A stretch of 64,000 bases of DNA, taken from the NCBI RefSeq assembly GCF_006345805.1, contig NC_043015.1:31000001-31064000 (forward strand), written 5' to 3'. The translations under genes and the position numbers were made by a program. The notes under the pieces were generated by a model. It ran no database searches. It saw only the letters and a program-made list of their open reading frames with translations, and was not told the origin of the DNA. Source of the DNA: Octopus sinensis (taxonomy: Eukaryota). Below, piece after piece: positions 38,796 to 51,618 of this stretch. Position 1 is the first letter of the stretch. Each line of letters starts with the position of its first letter.

Positions 38796-40671
38796 CTCAT
38801 ATATATATATATGTACTAATTGGTACTTTTTCTCCATGAGGCTGTGATTGCTATTCTGAAAGTTCAATGATCAACTAACTATTACACTTGTCTCATGAAT
38901 CTAACAGGAGTCCAATAGTTTGTTAATTTACCAATTCTTTTCATAATAGTAAAAATTGGCCGTTGATAATAGGAAAGTACCTCATTTTCTTTTTGTCTTT
39001 TGTATTTAAATTTTTTTTTGTTTTTTGTTGTATTCATTGTAAGTATTTAGTTGTGTTCTTTGCAAAAAGAAAAAAAAACACACTGTAGCAAGGATATCAG
39101 TATTGGTGTTGTTGATGATAGCGGTGGTGGTGTAGTGACTGAGATATTAATGATGGATTATTGTTGCTGTTGTTATTGATGTTATTGTTGTTGTTGTTGT
39201 CATCGTCGTTGTCATTGTCGTTGCTGATGTAAGTCAACTGTTATCACAAGAGTAAAGTTCAGGTATTAAAAGTTGATGATATTGGGATTAAAGACATATT
39301 GACTTCACCATTATTGGCGAACACAACAACAACAACAACAACAGTGTCATCAATGCCAACAACAGCAACAAACAGATAACAGTGACAGAGTGTAGAGAAG
39401 CTTTGTCCATGAAATTAGGCCAAGAAACTATGAAAAGAAATACAATGACTGCAATTATGTAATGAGGCTAGACTTATAACCTCCGACTGCTATTTTTGTT
39501 TTTTCCCACTAACCCTTTTAGAGAATGAGTTTCTTATCTAAGATCACTTTCTTGCCGAGATCACTTACCCCATTAATCTTTCCATAGAGGCACAGGCATG
39601 GCTGCGTGGCTAAGAAGCTCGCTTAGGAAACCGCATAGATTTCGGTTCAGTTCCACCGTGCAGTATCTTGGGCAAGTGTCTTCCACTATTGCTCCAGGCT
39701 TGATTCGTGCCTTGTCAGTAAATTTGGTTGATGGAAACTGAGTGGAAGCCTATTGTATGTGTGTATGTATGCATGTATGTATGTGAAATAAGCTATATAT
39801 TTTGGACAAAAAAATTCTTTCACAGAAAGAAGCATTCACCCAATTCATTGCCCATTTTCTTTCTTATCCATGAGGTAGTGATAGGTATTCTAAAAGTCTG
39901 CCAATCAATTACTGCATCTTATGAATGTGATATTTTATTTTCTAACATTTCTAATGATATATATGAAGACAGATGGCTTAGTGGGTAGGATATTTGGCTG
40001 ACAATCATAAGGAGATAAGTTCGATTCCTGGCAGCACTTTGTGTCCTTGAGCAAAACATTTTGTTTCATGTTGCTCCAGTCCACTCAGCTGGTAAAATAA
40101 GTTGTACCTGTATTTCAAAGGGCCAGTCTGGCCATGTTCTGTGTCATGCCGAACCTCCCTGAGAACTGCATTGAGAGCGTGTGTCTGTGGAATGCTCAAT
40201 CACTTGAGCATTAATTTCACAATCAGGCTGTTCCATTGATTGGATCATCTGGAATCCTCATCCTTGTAATTGACAGAGTGCCATCTTAGTATATAAAATA
40301 AACTGGTTATTGGTACTAGGAAAGTAGCAAAAATAATCAGTTTCAACGTAGTAAATTGTTTTTGTTGCTACTTATTACTCCTCTCTGCTTCCTTTCTAGT
40401 TTGGCCTTCATTGAGAAAAGCAGATCAAATTTTCTCTGATGCTGAGATGTAATTTTTTTATAAAATAAATTTAATTTTTTGTAATTTCATTTCTTTTGTG
40501 ATTAATTGTGAATTTTAATTCACAGAAATCCTTTGTGATTGCTCTGGTTCAGCAAAAAGCGACCAATAAAATTAAGTACCAGATTTATAAAAATAAATAC
40601 TACTACTACTACTACTACCACTACCACCACCACCACCACCACCACTACCACCCCACCACCACCACCACACC

Positions 40672-40720
<49 letters not shown>

Positions 40721-41232
40721 ATAATAATAATAATGAAATTATTGTATACAGTGCTCAAGTGCACCACAGCTTGTCAAAAGTGCGTATAAAGAATATGCAG
40801 TAATGTGCAAATGTCTGGAAAGCTAAGAATGCATGAGTCAGATACATGCTTGTGTGTGTGTATGGAGGGGAGAAAAGAAGATGTAGCGTTGATGAATCTC
40901 AGGAAGCATGGAAGTTTTGAAGGATGTAGAGCTCCAACAACAAACAACTGATGCCGGCAGTTTGTTCCATACTTCAGCAACTCTTAGCTTGAAAAAATGT
41001 TTCCAAAAGTCATGGGAAAGATATATAAAGTACTGGTATCAATTCATTTGACCAAAAAGTGAAGGTGGTGCCCCAGGATGGTTACAGTCTAATGACTGAA
41101 ACAAATATTGTTAAAGGTGTGAAACTGTAAGGATCTTTTGGACGTTGACTGACGAAGAATTAGCTACAAATTTTGTTTTTTATGTTTTTGTAAAATATTC
41201 CATTTTTATTGTATTTCTGCTAAATTTTTGAA

Positions 41233-41279
<47 letters not shown>

Positions 41280-41503
41280 TGTCTGTGTGTCTCAATAGGA
41301 AACAGACACTCCTCATTATACTGTTTACTTTGTGCAGACACTTCTCATCAGTACAATGTCCAAACGAGTTTATTCATTAAAAACTGCACAAGGCATGACT
41401 ACTAGATACTAGATTAAGTATTTAAATGCAATCAACACTATTTTGTTTCTAGAAATAGACCTTTACAAAAAAATGATGGTGTTTATTTACTTTTAAGATG
41501 GTT

Positions 41504-41544
<41 letters not shown>

Positions 41545-42204
41545 TTATCTTTTATCTTTTACTTGTTTCAGTCATTAGACTGCGGCCATGCTGGGGCACC
41601 AACTTGAAGAATTGTTAGTCAAATGAATCAACACTAGTATTTATTCATTTTTTTTTAAAAGCCTGGTACTTATTCTATCAATCTCTTTTGCAGAACCACT
41701 AAGTTACGGGGGCATAAGCATACCAACACTGGCCATCAAGTAGTGGTGGTAGTGGGGGCCAAAAACACACACACACACACACACACACGTGTGTGTATGC
41801 AACTAACGCATTTAATTTACTTTCTGAGGACCAGATGCTTTTGCACATCAGCTGTTTCTTGTTGTCTACCTATTTATGTATTCACATCATAAAATGTATA
41901 TCACCATGTAAGCATACACACACCTGGGTTTATAAGGGCATGTTTATATGTAAATGCATACTCATATATGTGCATACGCATACACATTCATGCACATGTA
42001 TATATATGGGTGTATATTTGTTTATCTTTTATCTTTTACTGGCTTCACTCATTAGACTGCAGCCATGCTGGAGCATTGCCTTTGAGGGTTTTAGATGAAC
42101 AAGTTGACCCCAGTACTTACATTCTAAAGTTTGATATTTATTTTATCATTCTCTTTTGCTGAACTACTAAGTTACAGACAAACACAAAGTCATACACACA
42201 CATG

Positions 42205-42866
42205 TGTATGTATGTATGTATGCATGTATGTATGTATGTATGTATGTATGTATGTATGTATGTATGTATGTATGTATGTATGTATGTATGTATGCATGTA
42301 TGTATGTATGTATGAATGCAATTAAGTATGTATGTATGTATGCATGTATGTATGCATGTATGTATATATGCATGTATGTATGTATTTATGTATGCATGCA
42401 TGTATGCATGCAGGTATGTATGTATGTATGTAAGTATGTATGTATGTATGTATGTATGTAAGTATGTATGTATGTATGTATGTATGTATGCATGTAAGTA
42501 TGTATGTATGTATGTATGTATGTATGCATGTAAGTATGTATGTATGTATGTATGTATGTATTTATGTATGCATGCATGTATGCATGCATGTATGTATGTA
42601 TGTATGTATGTATGTAAGTATGTATGTATGTATGTATGTATGTAAGTATGTATGTATGTATGTATGTATGTATTTATGTATGCATGTAAGTATGTATATA
42701 TGCATGTATGTATGTATTTATGTATGCATGCATGTATGCATGCATGTATGTATGTATGTATGTATGTATGTAAGTATGTATGTATGTATGTATGTATGTA
42801 AGTATGTATGTATGTATGTATGCATGTAAGTATGTATGTATGTATGTATGTATGTATGTATGTATG

Positions 42867-42897
<31 letters not shown>

Positions 42898-43080
42898 GTA
42901 TGTATGTATGTATGTATGTATGTATGCATGTAAGTATGTATGTATGTATGTATGTATGTATGCATGTAAGTATGTATGTATGTATGTATGTATGTATGTA
43001 TGTATGCATGTAAGTATGTATGTATGTATGTATGTATGTATGTATGTATGTATGTATGTATGTATGTATGTATGTATGCT
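42205..43080. repeat. ~880-bp (TATG)n array with TGCA/TAAG variant units
   Basis: Direct reading. Confidence 0.95.
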
Positions 43081-43869
43081 GGTATTATGTAAAAAGCACC
43101 CAGTACACTCTGAAAACGGGTTGGCCTTAGGAAGGGCATCCAGCCATGAGCATCATGCCAAAACAGACAACTGGACCCTGGGCAGCTCTCCAGTTGCAAT
43201 CAAAGTATATCCCAAACAAATATTTCTCTGTTCTTAAAAACACACCAATTATACCTAAACTCTGCCTCTTGTCTCACTAAATATTGGCCAACTGTATTAT
43301 GGGAAACTCCGAGTTTGCATGGACATTTGTGTGCTTTTTGTAAGTGCACATGTTTGCAGTATGTGTGTATATGTGTGTGCAAATGGATGGGTTTGAGAAC
43401 ATTTCATATTGCATTTCATCTGGGTAGCATTTGATTGACTTGCTTTCAGTCTTAGCTTACTTTAAACTATTATGCTGTTAGTTGGTAGTGTTTGTAATTT
43501 CTGAATTCTAAATTTTCATAATTTTTCACAATTCTTGCATTTCAAAATAGCTTCAAGTGATAGAGGAATTAAAAGAAAACATCTGAATTTAAATATGGCC
43601 TAGAAATTAGAACTAATGTGATAAATTAGAATAATGTTTCAAGAGCACGTGCTTCTACAATTTATGGCACAGAAAACAAGCTGTTTTTTATATATGCAAA
43701 TTAAAGACCAAATTGCAACAGCTTTCTCTAAAAGGTGACTCTCAAACGAAGAGCAGAAAGCATGAAAGTTAGGCAAGATAAATACATAGTTGTTTATAAA
43801 TGGCATATTTAAGAAAGATCTAGTGGTGTTAATGTACTAAGTCATGTGTTGGAATTTGAATGTAGGACT

Positions 43870-44190
43870 CTTAAAAGACAAAGTGGGTTTGACTAACCAA
43901 ACTATATTGTTCAAGTAAAAGAGCCACTAAGTGCTTCTTGAGTAGTTTTGTATTTTGGCTTGCAATAAAGATGTCATCTGGGTATGTGAAAAGTCTAGAC
44001 CCATACGCTCGGTTTCCATCTAGCACTGAAAGGATAGTGCTGCGTATTTTAGGCCAAAAGGTGTATGTAGAAATTCGTACAGTCTGAAAGGAGTGATAAC
44101 TGGTTATAGGAATATCATGTTAAGGCAGTGTTGTTTTCAGAAAAGGCATACAATTGCGAAAAATAAAGCCTGTGGTAAATCTTAAAATGA
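43870..44190 (-). mobile_element. Decayed Gypsy-type LTR retrotransposon RT fragment
   Basis: ITPFRLYEFLHTPFGLKYAALSFQ ... TYPDDIFIAS (MPFGL and YxDD motifs), frameshifted. Confidence 0.7.
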
Positions 44191-45249
44191 AGACACTTCA
44201 AAGTTTGAGCCATTTAGAAAATTTGTAAATTAACTTATTAAAGTCTGAGCATCTTATTTTATTACAAGTTAACAATGCCAATGAAATTTGCTTGTTCAAG
44301 TGTCTTGAACACAACACACTGGGTATCAAGTTAATAAGTAGCAAATTTTTGCTTTATGTACAATCATCTGAAGCCCAGCATGACACATCCTTACTGAGAT
44401 TATGAATTTAAGCTGGTGTATATAATATTATATATACACCCACTCAAAAATGTGTGGTTCCCTTTGGGGATTCCTTTTCCTGTTTGAATCACTTCCAAAA
44501 AAGTGAGCTTAAGATTTTTCCCCCAATAATGTAAAAGCACTGTTGCTTCATGATGACGTCCATGTTCATGTGCAGTTGCTTGGCAGGAGATGAAGACAAT
44601 GACTTTGGTAAATGTTTGGAATGGAACAAGTTGCATTACTGTCTTACTTTAGAAGTAATGAGAATAAGAAAATGAAAACATTAACAATAGAAAAATTCCA
44701 GCTCCTTCCGATCAGTAGGAGTCAATTTCTTAACACCTATTCGTCCTTACCTCCACTTACTGATCCTCTCACGTCACTAAACTGTTAAGGCTTCTCAGCC
44801 CTTACACCCACATCATGTGAACTATTGCGCCAAGGAAGGAGAATGTCTGCCCATTCAAATCCCTCCCACCCTGAATATGTTTTGTTTTTTTCTGTAATCG
44901 TTGACATGCAACTGTTTAAGATCATTAACTGGAAATATCTCACCGGTCTCAGAAGACTTGTAAAGATTTGTGAGAGTCCTTTACTCCAGACTATGGGTCG
45001 GTAATAGGTAAGCTATGCTCTACAAGTTAGCGGTCTCTGTGGGACTCGTATTTTTTCTAAAAATATAAAAAATTTTATACATATGTAAACTATGGAGTGG
45101 TCGATGGTTTTGAGACAATCTTTTGCGGATGTGAACCATGGGTAAATGATTCGTATTACGTCACAGAAAGAATTTACTGACCTCTGTTACAGATCAATAG
45201 TTAAAAAAAAACAGTTCTGATTAGAATAACAACATATACAATTAAGGAG

Positions 45250-45510
45250 ATGCACTTGCATAGCAAGTGACCTGATCTGAGATTGTGGGCTGGAACGAAA
45301 ACAATTGCAGCCATTTAAGAAACACACAAAAACCGTTAGATTTACTTCAACATTTAAATTCAATTTGTCAAACTTCGTGCTGCACAAAGTTTTGTCAGTG
45401 AACAGGTCGCTGTCTCGAATCACCGAAAATCTTTTGACAAATTAAATTTAAATGTTGGAGTGAGTCTAAAGGTTTTTGTGTGTTTCTTAAATGGCTTATA
45501 AACACCTTCA
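45250..45510. mobile_element. Penelope-like remnant with inverted arms (45310-45372 / 45432-45494)
   Basis: Same family as 38605-38795; arms ~90% identical by eye; hammerhead-like motif between the arms. Confidence 0.6.
45391..45441 (+). ncRNA. Minimal type I hammerhead-ribozyme-like motif, C3G/G8C core
   Basis: UUUGUCA-GUGAACA-GGU...ACC-GAA-AAUCUU-U-UGACAAA: 7-bp stem I, G10.1-C11.1, near-palindromic stem III, UH site. Confidence 0.7.
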
Positions 45511-45865
45511 ACACCTATACAATTAACTAATTATTGAAACACCATTTCATGACTGCTACTTATTTTGTCGACTTCAAAGACGAATATTAGAGTGTGCTTT
45601 ACCAGGATATGAATATGAGAACGTGACGCACCCTAAAGGACTCATTTTTGAAGTTGACTAATAACAATGGTATTTAACGCATATACATTAATAATACCTT
45701 ACAATTAGAGCCTGATGAAAGTACAGCCAGTTTGGTGGCATCATATCCTAGGGCGAACCAAATCATGTGTTTGGGATTTTCCAAAAAGTAGAGAGGGAAC
45801 ACTTTAGAAACGATAAACAAAATAGAATAAATAGTTTATAGCTGTATTTAATTAATAGTTATAAA

Positions 45866-46258
45866 CAGCAGGAGTGGCTGTGTGGTAAGTAGCTTGCTAA
45901 CCAACCACATGGTTCCGGGGTCAGTCCCACTGCGTGGCATCTTGGGCAAGTGTCTTTTGCTATAGCCCCGGGCCGACCAATGCCTTGTGAGTGGATTTGG
46001 TAGACGGAAACTGAAAGAAGCCTGTCGTATATATGTATATATATATGTGTATGTGTGTGTGTGTTTGTGTGTCTGTGTTTGTCCCCCTAGCATTGCTTGA
46101 CAACCGATGCTGGTGTGTTTACGTCCCCGTCACTTAGCGGTTCAGCAAGTGTACTGGGCTTACAAAGAATAAGTCCCGGGGTCGATTTGCTTGACTAAAG
46201 GCGGTGCTCCAGCATGGCCGCAGTCAAATGACTGAAACAAGTAAAAAGTAAAAAAAGT
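45866..46258 (+). mobile_element. SINE family A (small internal deletion)
   Basis: Same structure, lacks ~15-20 nt of the body. Confidence 0.85.
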
Positions 46259-46609
46259 AAGTAATGTAATAAAAAGTGATGAATTGGTAGAATGTTGGAT
46301 GGTATGACTCGCAGTATTTGTTCCGGCTTTGTACATCCTGAGTTCAAATCCCAACACAGTTAATTTTACTTTTCATACTCTTGGAGTTAATAAAATAAAA
46401 TACCAGTCAAATATTGAAGTAGAGTTGGCTATTTCTCCCTTTTTCTCTCTGAAAGAAGAAACAGGCTGAGATTAAACCTAAAGAGTGAAGGGCTATTCCA
46501 GATTTAAAATGCCTAAGACACACGCCACATGTCCCAATGGTACTATTATAATTCCGTTAGAACTTAAGGGGACAAAGCCATAACTACTTTATTTCTATAT
46601 TTTCAGTTT

Positions 46610-47385
46610 TTATTCATGTGAACTCCTCTGGAAGAGGCTGTTCAGTTGGTCTTCATCAATGCCCTGTGTTTGGCTCTAAGAATGTCATCTCTCTTGCCCG
46701 CTACCAACGTTCCATAAGATTCAGGGATTGATGTTGTACCAGCTTTATTCCTCGAGTACCTGATAACATGCCAGATGCCAGGTGCCCAGTATTTCAGAAT
46801 ATTTAGTGGAGGATAGCACCACCATCTCCTCCCTCACATTCCTCTCTAAGTGGAACATGAAGATGTTGATGGGAGCTTGACTGAAGAAAAATGTTTGCCT
46901 CCACTCCTTTTAATCTTGTCCGTGATTGATTTCAATCACCATGACCAGATATTCAAATTAGGTCTTCGCTTGCCCCAGGACTGCGTTTCTGAGAGCAAAG
47001 AGACGAGCTTCAAAAACCAAAACAAAACGAAAAAAAAAGGAAAAAGCGTGCCACAGAAATGGGGGCCCGCTCTCTCTTCCTCCAGGAGTCTTGGCATATG
47101 TCGCAGCCTCAGCCATACTCATACATCACGAGCCACGGCATACCAAGTTCTCCACGCAGAGGATGTTAGCAGCAAAGGCCGTTTTGACCAATGGAACTCA
47201 TCCCTTCCACAAAAAGCAAGAGATGGAAGCTGAAGCAGAGAACAGCAGTCAGGCGGAGATAGATAACCTGTGTCTTATATTTCAAGGATAACTTCATCGC
47301 AAGGATAACTGACTAGCCTGCTCTTGACTTCATCCCAGTTCTGATTCGCTGGGACATGGTCAAACCCAAACCAGACCTAAACAGC
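46610..47385 (-). mobile_element. Decayed L1/Tx1-clade LINE ORF2 pieces
   Basis: NWDEVKSR, VIYLRLTAV, FLWKG*VPLVK, HPLRGELGMPWL, FMFHLERNVREE, GIDEDQLNSLF; many stops and frameshifts. Confidence 0.7.
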
Positions 47386-47799
47386 TTAACAGGATCCTCA
47401 GTCTGTCATGTCACCATGTTAGTTAGCAAGAATTTATTCTAAGTGTTGATCTGCTCACCCACCTATTCGTCCTGATTAATGCGTACTACTGTTACCACTT
47501 TGTAGCTTTTATTATAATGCTAAGTATCTCGATTTCCATTGTGTCCGACATTATAATGATGGTGTCATTTACGTATGACGACACGGATCATCCACGTCCC
47601 AGTTCCAACGAGTTGCCACTTAACACGTCTGGCTTTCGTATCAATGATTCAAGAGCCAAAACATGTAGAAACGATAAGATGGATTGGACGTGTAATTATG
47701 ATTCTGATGCCTTCTACTTTTATTTTTTTTAAAGTTTACGTTGCTAGTCTCCTGCTCTTCCGAGCTTACATTTGCGCACAGGGCCAAATTCATTCGCGG

Positions 47800-48190
47800 G
47801 ATATCGGGGCATGTGGATCAGCTGGACACATATGTAGGGGCCCATCCCTCCTTCAAGGCTGATATGTTTTCGCCATAGGACGATCTTCTGTTATTTGACT
47901 CATAACCAGGTTTGACAAAGTAATGTCATTTCGGGCAGAGAGGACTTGGAAGATGTGGTGACTAAGGGTGACTGGTTACTCTCCAAAACCTCTGAACTTC
48001 TGACGACCCGATGCAATTTACAGTGGTGTAGCAAGAGTATGTGCCACTCGGGGCAGCTCTTGAGTTTTCTGCCCCCTTTTCCCCCACAGCATTTATGCAG
48101 TAGACCCGAAAGTGCTGTCCCCATAATAGCATCGCCCGGGTCAGACCACTCTCTCGATTCTCAGTCCACATAACTATGCTACTTGCAGTT
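47800..48190. repeat. ~390-bp unclassified repeat, direct copy at 50280-50686
   Basis: ggggcatgtggatcagc...ctacttgca is present twice, ~90% identical by eye. Confidence 0.9.
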
Positions 48191-48494
48191 AAATACCATT
48201 TCCAGGACGAAGGGGGATTATTGCTCATAGCTATGTTAGCGTTATCCCCTCTCCTAGTTGCTGTACTCCAGAGCATATACGCCTATACACAACCTACACA
48301 AATCAACACTGCTGGACACGACAGAAAACTCACCAACAAAGCACTGCAGCTATCTTACGTAAAGCACACCATACCAGTGGCGTGACGTGGGGTTTTAATT
48401 ATTCTGTGCTGTAACCAAATTGGCTGTCCCTTCCTTAAATATAACATTCGTTCAGCATAGGTTTGTCCCATTCCCCCTAATTGACCGGCCTGTG

Positions 48495-48795
48495 AGGTTT
48501 GCCTACCCTGAGCACATCATTCATGCTGAGAGTTGCTGAACCATGGAACAAACTGCCAGCATCAGTTGTTAGTTGTCGGAGCACTGCATCCTTCAAAACT
48601 TCCATGCTTCCTGAGATTCGCCAACACTACACCTGATTTTTCCCCCCTCCATACACAAGCAAGCATGTATCTGACTCATGCATTGTTCGCTTTCCAGACA
48701 TTTGTACATTACTGCATATGCTTTATACGCACTGTCTGACAAGTTGTGGTCCACCCGAGCACTGTATACAATAATTTCATTATTATATTATTTTT
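48495..48795 (+). mobile_element. CR1/L2-group LINE 3' end with (ATT)n tail; further copies at 3120-3375(+), 27722-27965(-), 40728-40985(-)
   Basis: SFMLRVAEPWNKLPASVVSCRSTASFKTSML*, a CR1-type C-terminus; 3' UTR ends cactgtatacaataatttcattat. Confidence 0.8.
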
Positions 48796-48978
48796 ACACC
48801 ACCGCATGGGACTTAGAAATGCACAATATACAGAAAACAAAACTTCTAGGCACTGCATCCATGTTACATAAAGTATACCACAGGACATATATATAACACA
48901 GAATTTGAACTACAAGACACTGCGCCCGTTTTACATAAAGCGGACCTCAGGACTTACATATATACAACATAGAAGAAT

Positions 48979-49541
48979 GGTGGAATTCTGGTTTAGAGCA
49001 CCGCATATAACCCATCATAAATTTTGTATTTTTTTGTAATTTTCAGAAAACTTTTGCGATTTTGTGTTCTACACACGCGAATTCATGCGATTATGATTAA
49101 AAAAAAAGAATTAAAAGCAAATTTTTAAACTTTCCACGCTTCATATAAATCCCAAAGGTTTCACTCTTTTCCGAATTAAAAAAAAAATCAGTGTTTAAAA
49201 ACCGGACAGTCCGAATTTTTTGCCTAAATCCCAGCCATCGACCACTCTTGGGTGCATCATCATTTCATTAAATGTGTTTATAGCGAGAGAAAAAACAACT
49301 GAAAAACATCAATACAAGTTAGAGTGACAAAGAAACGAGGAAGGTATCAGGTGGTCGTGAGATGTGCTAAAAATAACGGTCAAATCGCGCTTAAATCACA
49401 CATGAATTTTGTTGTTGTTGTTTGCATAATCGTATGAATTTCCGTGTATAGAATACAAATTCGGAAAAATTTTCTGAAAATTAAAAAAAAAACAAAACAG
49501 TTATAACGGATTATATGGGGTACTTAGACCTGAATTCCGCC
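48979..49541. mobile_element. Old MITE with ~117-bp GG-ended TIRs and 8-bp TSD-like flanks (Merlin- or hAT-like)
   Basis: 48979-49095 vs 49425-49541 are diverged inverted arms; flanks agaagaat / agaagaag. Confidence 0.7.
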
Positions 49542-49789
49542 AGAAGAAGGACTAATAAGCTCTGACTACGTACACATAATACGTAGAGTACTTAAAATAC
49601 GCTAGAAAACAGAGCAAATAACACTAGCAACCGATAAACACTGTCCTTATCTAAGTCATACGGAGCTAAACAGAGCTAAATCTAAGTTATATGTAACCCT
49701 GTTACGTAATGAAAGCGTGTAAGAAACAAGGCTACCTGGGTAATAATTACTCGCAAGACACGTGGAAATACCTGGTTTTTATATTTTGA

Positions 49790-50279
49790 CTAGCAGTATC
49801 GCCCGGCGTTGCTCGGATTTGTAAGGGAAATAACTATATAAGCATTTTTAGAGAGTTATAGCCAAAAGATAGCAAAAAAATGGGGGAAAAAATGATGGTA
49901 AATTTTTTTTTAAATCGTTGACTCATCGTAGACATTTTTAGAGAGTTACTTCCCTTATATAATAGCGAAAAATGCATTAAAATGGAAAAAAATTATGGTA
50001 ATTTTTTTTTTAAATCGTTGACTCATCGTAGACATTTTTAGAGAGTTACTTCCCTTATATAATAGCGAAAAATGCATTAAAATGGAAAAAAATTATGGTA
50101 AATTTTTTTTTAAATCGTAGACTCATCGTAGACGCGCGCTAATACCCAGAAGGGCTCGATATGAATCACGACTATAAGATACCCGCTTTTGGTTAAACTC
50201 CACCGCAAAATGTGGGAGTAGTTAGGAATCTAAATCAGAGGAGACAGACAGCACACAACCTCACTTTTATATATAAAGA
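49790..50279 (-). mobile_element. Non-autonomous Helitron, copy 3; a 3'-end fragment also lies at 60840-60921(+)
   Basis: A|TC...CTAG|T on the minus strand; internal ~106-bp unit tandemly repeated. Confidence 0.85.
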
Positions 50280-51073
50280 TATCAGGGCATGTCTGCACAT
50301 TGGGGCATGTGGATCAGCCGGACACATATGTAGGGGGCCATTCCTCCTCCGAGGCCGATATGTTTTAGCCATAGGACGATCTTCTGTTATTTGATTCATA
50401 ACTGGGTTTGACAAAGTAATGTCGTTTCGGGCAGAGAGGACTTGGAAGATGTGGTGACTAAGGGTGACTGGTTACTCTCCAAAACCTCTGAACCTCTGAC
50501 GACCTGATGCAATTTACAGTTGTGTAGCAAGAGTATGTGCCACTCGGGGCAGCTCTCGAGTTTTTTGCCCCCTTTTCCCCCACAGCATTTATGCAGTAGA
50601 CCCGAAAGGGCCGTCCTCATAATAGCATCGCCTGGGGGGTAGACCACTCCCTCGATTCTCAGTCCATACGACCATGCTACTTGCATAGTTTTTTTATATT
50701 TTGGTGCAATAAATTTATAGATCTCCACAACGTTGTTACCTTATGTTAAAGATTTTGGTTGCACGTTGTATTTTGTTCAGTAGTTAAGGTTGTTTAAAGC
50801 GTAACACTAACAAATATTGCGACGTAACGAATGCTGCGGATGATTCCTAACTACATCATACATACAGGTCATACATTCTGGTCATTCCTGATTGATGCTG
50901 GGTTTTTTCGGTACCCTCTCCACCTTGCATCGGAAAATGAAAGGGAAATGTTGAGATGCTAAAATTTGAATTCAAAGCGTGAAGATGTAAATAATTACCG
51001 CAATGTCTCCATCTGTAATGATTTTGAACAATATTAATTAACGGCGAAAATTAACCGAGTAATTAAATCTTAA

Positions 51074-51141
<68 letters not shown>

Positions 51142-51175
51142 ACATGCACCCAAACACACGCACATTACTACATAC

Positions 51176-51238
51176 TCGTACGAGGAAGTCACAATTGCAA
51201 GAAATAGCAGCCGAATCTCCATCTCCATCAAATCACAC
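51176..51238 (-). other. Candidate ATG-containing exon, copy 1 (MEMEIRLLFLAIVTSSY)
   Basis: (TTTC)n tract then aataag| ... CGA|gtatgt; phase-2 end fits the 36686 exon; overlaps a diverged interspersed-repeat motif (gaaatagcagcc..aaatcacacc, also seen at ~38170). Confidence 0.25.
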
Positions 51239-51364
51239 CTTATTGTTTTAACAAAAATAACAAAGAAAGAAAGACAGCAAGAAAGAAAGCAAGAAAGAAA
51301 GAAAGAAAAGAAAGAAAGAAAGAAAGAAAGAAAGAAGAAAGAAAGAAAGAAATAAGGAAAGAAA

Positions 51365-51401
<37 letters not shown>

Positions 51402-51618
51402 AAAGATCCAAAGAAAAGGGAAAGAAAAAGGACCCATTTAACAATGTGATCCCAGATACAGAATCTGAACGTCCTTCAACCACCAGATTGATAAGGCTTA
51501 AACACTTATTGGTCATAACTGTACTGGATCAGAGCTAACCAGGGGCTAAATGGCAGCATGTAGAAACAATAACAATATGAAAGACCAAGAACCCAACCAA
51601 AAACAAAGTGGTTCTCAC

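Noticed and set aside
44400-44636. 78-aa ORF with faint mariner-like words (GKILSSLFW in another frame)
   Set aside because: Similarity too weak to call without a search.
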